Assembly (NCBI RefSeq): GCF_001194135.2 | Contig: NC_068982.1 | Location: 35,184,097 to 35,248,096, forward strand | Length of the DNA stretch: 64,000 nucleotides | DNA from: Octopus bimaculoides | Lineage: Eukaryota | Direction of reading: 5' to 3' | Shown here: positions 53,135-64,000 of the stretch, one piece after another | Position numbering within the stretch: position 1 is the stretch's first letter | Layout: each line of letters opens with the position of its first letter | The notes under the pieces: generated by a model | Told to the model about the DNA's origin: nothing | What the model saw: only the letters and a program-made list of their open reading frames with translations | Databases searched by the model: none | Made by a program: the position numbers and the translations under genes

Positions 53135-53760
53135 TTTCATGGAATGCGAGCAAATGAGGATTATTTTTCAACATAGTCCAAGTTGCGATCCACACACTTC
53201 TTCGATCGATGTTGCAGAGCTTGGATCCCATTGGTGAAGAAGCTTTCATCCTGTTGGTCAAAAAGTTGTCAACAGCAGATATGACGTCATCGTCACTGCA
53301 ATACTGGTTCCCAGCCAAGTGTTTTTTCTTGTTGGAGAAGAGATGATAGGGAGTTCAAATGAACAGTCACGCACAGTAGCCATTGAAACCAATGACTTAT
53401 GTACTGCAACAAGACCGCTCTCGTCAGTTTTCCTGAGCGTTTGGTCTTGATAGCCTATCATAACCGCCTCAGCAAGTTGGCGTAGTACTCAATACTGACA
53501 GTGCGGCCTTTTTGAAGATAGTTAATGAACAGAAAGCCTTTTACATCATAAAACACTAAGACTATCACCTTCCATGCAGATGAAACAACTTTGGCCTTCT
53601 TTGGAGCAGTTGAGGAGGGGTGTTTCCACTGCATAGAATGTCTCTTTGTTTCTGGCTCAAAGTGTCCAACTAAATACTCATCTTGAGTTAGAAAAGGTCC
53701 AATGAAACCAGCTGAATCTTTCTCAAACAATGTCAAATTTTGTGCTTTTGATCAGGTATC
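53135..53760 (-). mobile_element. Mariner (DD34D) catalytic-domain/3' fragment
   Basis: FLTQDEYLVGHFEPETKRHSMQWKHPSSTAPKKAKVVSSAWKVIVLVFYDVKGFLFINYLQKGRTVSIEYYANLLRRL and LAGNQYCSDDDVISAVDNF match mariner transposase. Confidence 0.9.
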
Positions 53761-53807
53761 AGAAGACGTGGCACTCACCGAGTTCATTCTCTTTACTCTT
53801 TACTCTA

Positions 53808-54196
53808 TTACTTGTTTCAGCCATTTGACTGCGGCCATGCTGGAGCACCGCCTTTTAGTCGAGCAAATCGACCCCAGGACTTGTTCTTTGTGAGCCTAGT
53901 ACTTATTCTATCGGTCACTTTTGCCGAACCGCTAGCTTACGGGGACGTAAACACACCACCATCGGTTGTCAAGCGATGCTGGGGGGACAAACACAGACAC
54001 ACAAACATATACGCATACATACATACATATATATATACATATATACGACGGTCTTCTTTCAGTTTCCGTCTACCAAATCCACTCACAAGGCTTTGGTTGG
54101 CCTGAGGCACTTGCCCAAGGTGCCACGCAGTGGGAATGAACCCGGAACCATGTGGTTGGTAAGAAAGCTACTTACCACACAGCCACTCCTGCGCCT
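53808..54196 (-). mobile_element. SINE family B, near full length
   Basis: TTACTTGTTTCAGCCATTTGACTGCGGCCATGCTGGAGC...CACAGCCACTCCTGCGCC. Confidence 0.92.
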
Positions 54197-54769
54197 TGTN
54201 NNNNNNNNNNNNNNNNNNNNNNNNNNNNNNNNNNNNNNNNNNNNNNNNNNNNNNNNNNNNNNNNNNNNNNNNNNNNNNNNNNNNNNNNNNNNNNNNNNNN
54301 NNNNNNNNNNNNNNNNNNNNNNNNNNNNNNNNNNNNNNNNNNNNNNNNNNNNNNNNNNNNNNNNNNNNNNNNNNNNNNNNNNNNNNNNNNNNNNNNNNNN
54401 NNNNNNNNNNNNNNNNNNNNNNNNNNNNNNNNNNNNNNNNNNNNNNNNNNNNNNNNNNNNNNNNNNNNNNNNNNNNNNNNNNNNNNNNNNNNNNNNNNNN
54501 NNNNNNNNNNNNNNNNNNNNNNNNNNNNNNNNNNNNNNNNNNNNNNNNNNNNNNNNNNNNNNNNNNNNNNNNNNNNNNNNNNNNNNNNNNNNNNNNNNNN
54601 NNNNNNNNNNNNNNNNNNNNNNNNNNNNNNNNNNNNNNNNNNNNNNNNNNNNNNNNNNNNNNNNNNNNNNNNNNNNNNNNNNNNNNNNNNNNNNNNNNNN
54701 NNNNNNNNNNNNNNNNNNNNNNNNNNNNNNNNNNNNNNNNNNNNNNNNNNNNNNNNNNNNNNNTATATA

Positions 54770-55902
54770 TATATATATATAAATACATAAATACATATAT
54801 ACATATATGTATATATACATAAATACATAAATACATAAATATATTTATACGCATACCTGTATATGTATGTATATATATCATATACTTGTACGTTTGTATA
54901 CATATATATATGTACACATGTACATACACATACACACGCACATATTCATGTACACATTCATACATGCGTATCCGTGTGTGCATTGCTTTGGTGCGTCTGT
55001 GTATGTGCATGCGCTTTGGCACGAGTGTGTGTGTGTGTGTGTGCATGTGTGTGTGTGTGTGCTTGTGAGTTTGTAAAAGGAAATCGTTTGCCAGAATCTA
55101 CACAAGCACACATACATGCACCAACGTGCACATACACAAATATTTGTGTGTATGTATGTGTGTACGACCGTACGTGTTTGCGAATGCTCGTGAGTGTAAA
55201 TATGCATGTATGTATGTATGTACGCATGTATGAATGTTTGTATTTATTTTGTGTGTACGTAGATATTTTTTGCGCGCGCACTAACGATTGAGAAATTTCT
55301 TTCTCTTTATTTTTCCTTCACAATGAAACGGAAATAATAATTCCCACCAAAATCATGATTTTATCGAATAGATAAAACCGTAAAGGTCTTGAAACTTTTA
55401 TGTAAATAGGAGTTTATTGTTCTGAATATAACGTAAAGAACTGATAACGAAATATGAAATAGCTTTAATAAAATATTGTTGAAGCCGGGCCATTGTTCCG
55501 TTTTCAATAACAGGTTAAAAAATACTGTTTTCCCTAAGTACGCATATCTGTCTATCTCTCTCTACAGCTTTTTCTCCCCAATTTTCTGTCTGTGTGTCTG
55601 TGTCTGTCTATGTCTCTTCCTCTCTCTATCCCTTTTGCTCTCTCCCCCCACCGCACAGTATTTGTTTCTCTGTACACATCCTTTTATCTATCTATCACCG
55701 CTCCCTCTTTTCCCATCTTTGTTTCTCACCCTTCAACCATACGTATGTATGTGTTTGTACGTGCTTGTGTGCGTGTGTGTATATATGTGTGCGTGTGTGT
55801 GTTTGGGTATGTATGTGTGCATGTACATATGTATGCATGTTTTTAGCATTATATATATATATATAATCATATATGTGTATATATCTATACATATACTTAA
55901 GC

Positions 55903-55964
<62 letters not shown>

Positions 55965-56049
55965 GCATACATACATACATACATACATACATACATACAC
56001 ATACACACATGTATATATACACACACTTACACACAAACACAAAAGAGAT

Positions 56050-56097
<48 letters not shown>

Positions 56098-56154
56098 CGA
56101 GACTGATAGAGATAAAGACAAGCAGACAGCTTGCTAACCACCTAGCTAGCTAGC

Positions 56155-56203
<49 letters not shown>

Positions 56204-56205
56204 TC
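54770..56205. repeat. Long compound microsatellite field (TA/CA/GT/CT/GATA/CATA/GA/CTAG)
   Basis: Direct reading. Confidence 0.9.
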
Positions 56206-56879
56206 TACATGTACATAAGTGCATAGGTGTGTGAGCTCTTGAGTTTAGGAGCACATTCTCGATGCATTCCAGTGCTTGTCTGTATTGAGTGTGTGTAAGA
56301 ACATGCACAGCTATGCGTATTTATGCGGATGTGTGTGTGTTTGACTGAATATTTGCTTTTTGTATGAATGAATGTATGCTTATGTAAATGCCACTTTTAT
56401 CCCGACAGTTACCTATCAGCACTATTTTGCGGTCGTGTCATTGAGCATGGGTCTGCATATCAGCGTCAAAAACACAGATTCAATTGCTTCTGTGCAGGTT
56501 CCGATTAACGCATATAGGTGCGTCAGTACCTGTATAATAGATCCTTCTATTTTCCGGTGCTCCTATCTTATCTAGGTGCCGGTTAAATAGCAGTAACTAA
56601 CAGTGTCCACGCCGTGCAAGCCGGATATGGTGGCGGAAGCCTTTTGTTTTTAGCTATGCCTGACCCCCTTCCCATGATAATCGTCTAAATACCAACTAAC
56701 TTTCATATTTCATTATTAACTATCAAAGCCACTAAACTGAACATGAGAGTAGCACTCTAATGTTCTTATGGGCTTAAGCAAGATAGGCGAAGATTAGCAG
56801 TCCGACAGGCCGTTGCAGGATTTTGGATTCAGAAGGTAAATGGAAATAATATCACAAGGCATCCAGTTCGACGGTTTTA

Positions 56880-57042
56880 CAGTTCATCATCCTTAATTGG
56901 CACCCTTTTTAAATTGACTCCCCCCAAAAAAGAAAGGTAAAGTTGACTTCGGCGAGTTTTGAACTCAGAACGTAGAATATCGGAACAAATACCGTAAGTC
57001 ATTCTTAACGATTCTCTAATGGTTCTGCCAATTTGCCACCTG
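56880..57042 (-). mobile_element. SINE family A
   Basis: GAAAGGTAAAGTTGACTTCGGCGAGTTTTGAACTCAGAACG...TTCTGCCAATTTGCCACC. Confidence 0.75.
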
Positions 57043-57329
57043 TTTTAGTATTTACATTGAGTGAATATAAAGACAAGGACTAAATTCTAATGACCTATCA
57101 CATCTACAACGTTAATCCATTCTGTTATATAGTATATGTATGTATGTGTGTATGTGTGTGTGTGTGTGTAACCGTGATTATCCATTTATATATATATATA
57201 TAGTCGTCCGTTGCAAACAGCTGTTTTTATTTAATTTTATACACTGACACACGCACACACACAATTGAGATTATCCAATTAAAGGGACATTTACAGAGAT
57301 GACTTCTATATTCCTTAATCCGAATTTTA

Positions 57330-57552
57330 ATAATAGTTTCAACTTTTCTGGCACAGGGGCAGCAGTTTTTGAGGGGACGGGATTCGGGAAGTTGATTACA
57401 TCGACTACAGTTCTTGAATGTTACTTATTTAACGACTCCGAAAGAAGGAAAGGTAAGGTCGACCTCAGTGAGATTTGAACTCAGATCGATGGACGAAATT
57501 CCGCTATACATTTTGTCCGGCGTACTAACAATTCTGCCATCTCGCTGTCTTA
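57330..57552 (-). mobile_element. SINE family A
   Basis: GATTACATCGAC...AAGGTCGACCTCAGTGAGATTTGAACTCAG...TTCTGCCATCTCGCTG. Confidence 0.8.
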
Positions 57553-58347
57553 GTTTGAATCCTAATAATGACGAACGAGAATAAGTACGGTACTGAACCC
57601 ACCAGTTTGTGCATCTTGAGAGAAACGTCATCAGTAGATGTGTTCTCGACTGAATAATGTAATGATAGTTTAAGGGACAATATTGTCAATAGATGAAACA
57701 ATACACTTCCGTCTGATATTACGAAATACGTACAAGTGCACACACGCATCACACGAAAAGTCGTACAGACACATCACAGCGGAATCCTCCAAGCTCCGTT
57801 TCCTGTAATATTGTAACGCTTTGGAAATCGGAGCCACATGCAGGTTTCGTGAATTTATTAATAAATTAATAAATGCATGACATGATTCATGAATGTATGA
57901 TATATAAAATAATTATTTTACGTTGGTTATGTTTTGAGAGACTAGTATTCCTTTCTGATTAGCTTAACTATCGCATACTTCTTGTTTTAATCTTCTTGGC
58001 TGCAAATTAATTACCAAAGGAAAAAAATCTCCGTAATGGATGCTCATCAAACACAAAATTCATGCATATTGAGATGTTTATATCAGATTGAATTATATCG
58101 ATTTCATTGGGAATCAATCAATCGATTGATGCAAATTGAGGATCACTGTTTTATAACACGACCACCATTTCATCTACAAGAGAGAAAAAGTCTGGTGCAG
58201 GCACAGCTGTGTGGTTAAAAGGAGCCTCTGAGGTTAAGATGCTCACTTTGGTTTTGGATTCAGTGGTACTGTATGATACATTGGGCCATACAGTAGGACT
58301 GAATCCGAAACCAAAGTGGGCTGCAAAAGCCACAAGGTATAAAATGG

Positions 58348-58477
58348 GAATATATTTATTAGCCACATGACATCTTTAGGGTACGGACGTTTCGCAGCCT
58401 TCTTCATGTAATAATAATAAAGAAGGCTCCGAAATATGTGTAGCCCTAAGGATGTCAAGTGGTTAATAAATATATTC
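58348..58477. repeat. Imperfect fold-back (inverted repeat) with ~55-bp arms carrying HHR 3'-half motifs
   Basis: Left arm GAATATATTTATTAGCCACATGACATCTTTAGGGTAC..TTTCG.AGCCTTCTT pairs with right arm AAGAAGGCT.CGAAA..GTAGCCCTAAGGATGTCAAGTGGTTAATAAATATATTC; 15-nt centre. Confidence 0.85.
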
Positions 58478-59396
58478 ACCTCTCATGGCTCCTAAATTTT
58501 TAAGGTATATATATTAATAATCAAGGGTGCTACAAATAGCACAAGCACGCTAAAAATAGCAGTCAGAAGGTGACTTCAATCACCTTTTATATATTTTTCA
58601 TTTTTCATTTTATCCAGTTTCAGCTCATGAGCTGTGGCCATGCTGGGGCACCGCCATTATATNNNNNNNNNNNNNNNNNNNNNNNNNNNNNNNNNNNNNN
58701 NNNNNNNNNNNNNNNNNNNNNNNNNNNNNNNNNNNNNNNNNNNNNNNNNNNNNNNNNNNNNNNNNNNNNNNNNNNNNNNNNNNNNNNNNNNNNNNNNNNN
58801 NNNNNNNNNNNNNNNNNNNNNNNNNNNNNNNNNNNNNNNNNNNNNNNNNNNNNNNNNNNNNNNNNNNNNNNNNNNNNNNNNNNNNNNNNNNNNNNNNNNN
58901 NNNNNNNNNNNNNNNNNNNNNNNNNNNNNNNNNNNNNNNNNNNNNNNNNNNNNNNNNNNNNNNNNNNNNNNNNNNNNNNNNNNNNNNNNNNNNNNNNNNN
59001 NNNNNNNNNNNNNNNNNNNNNNNNNNNNNNNNNNNNNNNNNNNNNNNNNNNNNNNNNNNNNNNNNNNNNNNNNNNNNNNNNNNNNNNNNNNNNNNNNNNN
59101 NNNNNNNNNNNNNNNNNNNNNNNNNNNNNNNNNNNNNNNNNNNNNNNNNNNNNNNNNNNNNNNNNNNNNNNNNNNNNNNNNNNNNNNNNNNNNNNNNNNN
59201 NNNNNNNNNNNNNNNNNNNNNNNNNNNNNNNNNNNNNNNNNNNNNNNNNNNNNNNNNNNNNNNNNNNNNNNNNNNNNNNNNNNNNNNNNNNNNNNNNNNN
59301 NNNNNNNNNNNNNNNNNNNNNNNNNNNNNNNNNNNNNNNNNNNNNNNNNNNNNNNNNNNNNNNNNNNNNNNNNNNNNNNNNNNNNNNNNNNNNNNN

Positions 59397-59448
<52 letters not shown>

Positions 59449-59992
59449 ATATATATACATATAGATGTATGCATACACATATATTATATTACACGCGCGT
59501 AATATAATGATAAATCCACAACTTACATTTGCTGCAAATCATGTTATTCGGATTAGAGAAGTCTCCTTACGTATTGAATATTAATCTATCGCAAACAACA
59601 TTCTCAGAATATCTTTCATCGTACCTTGACATGTATGTAAACTGAAACTCATAAGAAGGCAATGTACTCTTCAGAGATACATCGAAATGCTTGTATGACT
59701 AATAACCGCATAGTCCCGTTATTTAACTCAGCAATTTCATCCGAACACAAATACTATAAGCTGAAATCTTTTTCAAAGCTTGAGAGTCGATTTTTCCCCT
59801 TTTTATTTTCCTATAAATCAAATGACTATCTAAGAAGCCTAATTGTTAGTATTTGAATACTAACGGTTATGGGATATTGAGATAGAACCATTGGACTGAT
59901 GTATTTCACTTTGTATTTGGTTTGCAGGAATCATATGAAACAGATTTTGTTGTATTCTACGAGGTTCATTATGCCAATAATAAATACACGCA

Positions 59993-60120
59993 TTAGTCAA
60001 TTAGTTAACAATTCAATTAACCAATTAACTAATCGATTGTTTAGTTAGCCGTTCGGTCAATCAATTAGCTAGGTTTATCCGATTAGCTAATTAGTCACTT
60101 GGTTAGCTAGTTGACTAATT
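59993..60120. repeat. Degenerate (AATT/AGTT/AACT/AGCT)-type tetranucleotide tract
   Basis: Direct reading. Confidence 0.7.
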
Positions 60121-60122
60121 AT

Positions 60123-60335
60123 CCTTTCTACTACAGGCACCAGGCTGGAAATTCTTGGTGAGTGATCTAGTCGATTACATCGATCCCAGTACTCAACTGG
60201 AACTTATTTTATTGACCCCGAAAAGATGAAAGGCAAAGTCGACCACGACGGAATTTGAACTCAGAAAGTAAAGCCGGGAGAAATGCTGCTAAGCATTTTG
60301 TCCAGCGTGCTAACGTTTCTGCCAACCAGTTGACT
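60123..60335 (-). mobile_element. SINE family A
   Basis: TAGTCGATTACATCGATCCCAGTACTCAACTGG...CCCCGAAAAGATGAAAGGCAAAGTCGACC. Confidence 0.88.
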
Positions 60336-60932
60336 AATAATAATAAAGAAATGAAATAAAACCAGTGCGTGTATTTATTATTGGCAAGATTATCCTGCCG
60401 AGATACAAAAATGTAGTTTGCAGTGCTTATTTCGGCTTTTCACTGTTTTTGACCTAGAATTTTGCCGTGGTCTAACCTTCTCCTATAACAACTGATAGTT
60501 TTGTCCTTTAGCCTCAGGTCAGACCTGGTCAAGCATAGGTAGATTATTAGCATAAGAGGAGTGAATAGAATGTCTAGCAGTAATTTTTTCCGATTCTCTG
60601 CGAGCTGAGTTCAAATCTCACTTGAGTTAACTTTGCTTTTCATCGCTATGAACTCGATTCAAAACAAATATTTATCAATCCAAGGTACCAGATTAGTGAA
60701 ACTATAAGGATGTCGAACAGAATACCTTGTGGTATTTGTTCAAGCTCATTGCGTTCCGAGTTCAAATCCACCCATAGCCTACGTAGGTGGTAACTTAATC
60801 CGTCACCTTCTTTAACATCTCTACCTGACATCTTGAGTGTCTAACATAGTCCACTTTATTGCAACAAGTCAGAATTGGGTCTTCGATTTGATGTTACCTA
60901 CTTTCTTCCTCCTTCCAATATCGGAGATTAGG

Positions 60933-61185
60933 TGGAAGCACGTGGCTTAGTGGTTGTTAGGGTGTTGGACTCATGATCGTAAGATTGTGGTTTCGTATTC
61001 TGGACTGGGCGACACGTTGTGGTCTTGAGCAAAACGCTTTATTTCACGTTGCCTAGTCCACTCAGCTGGCAAAAATGAGAGATCCTGCGCCGGACCGGCG
61101 TCCCGTCTCGGTGGGGGAATTTATACGCTATGAAACCGGGAAACCGACTCTTATGAGTCAGCATGACTCGAGAGGGTAACTTTAC
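60933..61185 (+). mobile_element. tRNA-derived SINE family D
   Basis: GTGGAAGCACGTGGCTTAGTGG...GGTTTCG...GTTGTGGTCTTGAGCAAAACGCTTTATTTCACGTTGC..AGTCCACTCAGCTG. Confidence 0.8.
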
Positions 61186-61300
61186 CTTTTTTTTAACACA
61201 GATTGTAAAAAGAAAAGTCTTTATGGACGCTGCATTGTCTCTTGTCTCAAAGATAAAAGGCCAATGAGCGTGAACGATTATTTTTTTTATTTTTCTTTCC

Positions 61301-61697
61301 TTTACTTGTTTCAGTCATTTGACTGCGGCCATGCTGGAGCACCGCCTTTAGTCGACCAAATTGACCCCAGAGCTTATTCTGTGTAAGCCTAGTACTAATT
61401 CTTTCGGTCACTTTTGCCGAATCGCTAAGTTACGGGGACGTAAACACACTAGCATCGGTTGTCAAGCGATGTTGGGGGGACAAACACGGACACACAAACA
61501 TATACACACATGCACATATATATATATACATATACGACGGGCTTCTTCCAGTTTCCGTCTACCAAATCCACTCACAAGGCTTTGGTAGGTCTGAGGCTAT
61601 AGTAGAAGACACCTGCCCAAGGTGCCACGCAATGGGACTGAACCCATGACCATGTGGTTGGTAAGCAAGCTACTTACCACACAGCCACTCCTGCGCC
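61301..61697 (-). mobile_element. SINE family B, full length
   Basis: Reverse complement aligns by eye with 61995-62405 along its whole length. Confidence 0.93.
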
Positions 61698-61994
61698 TAT
61701 GTCTAATCTTCTTTTTCAATCATGTATCCAAAATTTCCACTACAAGGTCCAGTGCTTGTTATGATGTGGTAACATATGTGCCATGATGAACCTGAGAGCT
61801 ACGAGAGCAAATCCGAAAAGAAGCTGCAAGACCCGACACCTTATTAATAACTGAAAGAGGGATACTAAAGCACAGCTGAAAAAGCAGGGACCCTATCGGA
61901 AAGGAGCAGAGAAGAGAGACCAGCTTCGAAAACAGTGGAGAAAAGCCGTCGATGGTCAATACTCCATAGAAAGCAAGGGATTTAAGCAAAGTAA

Positions 61995-62405
61995 AGCGTA
62001 GGAGTGGCTGTGTGGTAAGTAGCTTTCTTACCAACCACATGGTTCCGGGTTCAGTCCCACTGCGTGGCACCTTGGGCAAGTGTCTTCTACTATAGCCTCG
62101 GGCCGACCAAAGCCTTGTGAGTGGATTTGGTAGACAGAAACTGAAAGAAGCCCGTCGTATATATGTATATATATATGTATGTGTGTGTATATGTTTGCGT
62201 GTCTGTATTTGTCCCCCCAACATCGCTTGACAACCGATGCTGGTGTGTTTACGTCCCCGTAATATAGCGGTTCGGCAAAAGAGACCGATAGAATAAGTAC
62301 TAGGCTTACAAAGAATAAGTCCTGGGGTCGATTTGCTCGACTAAAGGCGGTGCTCTAGCATGGCCACAGTCAAATGACTGAAACATGTAAAAGAGTAAAA
62401 AGAGT
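61995..62405 (+). mobile_element. SINE family B, full length
   Basis: AGGAGTGGCTGTGTGGTAAG (box A)...GGTTCAGTCCC (box B)...CCTTGGGCAAGTGTCTT (CORE/Meta-like)...CAGTCAAATGACTGAAAC tail. Confidence 0.93.
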
Positions 62406-62779
62406 ATATCCAATTTTTCCTATCTCTAAAGATTTTTCAGATTTGGTTGCTATTTCCAGCTGACAGAACGGACAAGTAGAGGTGTTATGGTTCTAGAATC
62501 GTACTACCTCATCGACTTTCAATGTTGACAATTACCTATCAACTGCACTTCATGTTTTGCTTTTCCTGTCTCTATTCACTTCTCAATTAAACTGTATTCT
62601 TCCCAACCATTCAGAATTGACAGCGATGATGTTTTGTAGTTTTGTTTAGCTTATCTCCCTCTCAGCACCGTGTATAATAGGAATCAATAAGCATTGCATA
62701 CTGAATTTACGCAGAATGTGCAATACTGAAAAAAAGGAAGAAAAAAAAAGAAGAAGAGGTGAGGTGAGAAAGGAGCAAG

Positions 62780-63450
62780 AAGAAGAAGAAGAAGAAGAAG
62801 AAGAAGAAGAAGAAGAAGAAGAAGAAGAAGAAGAAGAAGAAGAAGAAGAAGAAGAAGAAGAAGNNNNNNNNNNNNNNNNNNNNNNNNNNNNNNNNNNNNN
62901 NNNNNNNNNNNNNNNNNNNNNNNNNNNNNNNNNNNNNNNNNNNNNNNNNNNNNNNNNNNNNNNNNNNNNNNNNNNNNNNNNNNNNNNNNNNNNNNNNNNN
63001 NNNNNNNNNNNNNNNNNNNNNNNNNNNNNNNNNNNNNNNNNNNNNNNNNNNNNNNNNNNNNNNNNNNNNNNNNNNNNNNNNNNNNNNNNNNNNNNNNNNN
63101 NNNNNNNNNNNNNNNNNNNNNNNNNNNNNNNNNNNNNNNNNNNNNNNNNNNNNNNNNNNNNNNNNNNNNNNNNNNNNNNNNNNNNNNNNNNNNNNNNNNN
63201 NNNNNNNNNNNNNNNNNNNNNNNNNNNNNNNNNNNNNNNNNNNNNNNNNNNNNNNNNNNNNNNNNNNNNNNNNNNNNNNNNNNNNNNNNNNNNNNNNNNN
63301 NNNNNNNNNTAGTAGTAGTAGTAGTAGTGGTGGTGGTGGTGGACGGTTGGGGGAAAGGGGAGAAGGAGATGAAGGTGGTAGGTGAGGTGGTGGTAATGGT
63401 GACGATACTACTACTACTATTTCTACTGTTGCTACTACTACTACTACTAC

Positions 63451-63519
<69 letters not shown>

Positions 63520-63520
63520 G
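62780..63520. repeat. (GAA)n, gap, then (GTA)(GTG)(CTA)(ATA)n trinucleotide tracts
   Basis: Direct reading. Confidence 0.95.
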
Positions 63521-64000
63521 ACAGCTCCTGTTAGTACGTATTACTGCAACGACAGCGATAACATAAAGAACACTAACAACATACGGGACAGGGAATATAA
63601 CATTTTCATGAATTAATCTAGGATTATTTCTGTGTTCTCAACGGCATAGAAATTATAGCGATGCACAAAAATATCTCGTAAACAAGATGCAATTTCTTAA
63701 TAAAACTTGCAAAACATCAATAGCAACAGCTGCAACGACGATGGCGACGACCACAACAACAACAACTACCAAAAGGAAAAACATTAACATCTGACAAAGT
63801 TTCTACATTCAAATGGTGTTTCATAAAAGGAAACAAACACTCTTAATAACATACTCGCAACGATATTTGTGCCATTGCGAACGTGTTGTAAAGAGTGTGT
63901 TGCTAAGTTTCCTTTCATCAGATGGTTGCGTGTGGCTGCAAACGAACTGAGTATGAAACCTATTCTTGGTTCCCACTTTCCACCGTTTCATAAATGCCAG

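Overview
AT-rich, microsatellite-dense draft eukaryotic sequence with about 20 N-gaps (roughly 8 kb). The tRNA-headed SINE families and repeat landscape look like an octopus/coleoid cephalopod genome (inference). No host protein-coding gene could be confidently identified; the window reads as intronic or intergenic. It holds a decayed near-complete CR1/L2-clade LINE ORF2 (1350-4250, minus) and seven Tc1/mariner relics: DD34D mariners, Tc1, a rosa/DD41D-like element and a full-length TIR-bounded maT/DD37D element. It also has Penelope-like element (PLE) remnants and more than 25 SINE copies or fragments from about 4 families. The most interesting signal is RNA-structural: at least five well-formed and several degenerate minimal hammerhead ribozyme (HHR) motifs of the Penelope type. 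One further motif (31704-31778, minus) has all three HHR strands in an order that cannot be produced by circular permutation. All calls were made by eye, without alignment or folding tools.
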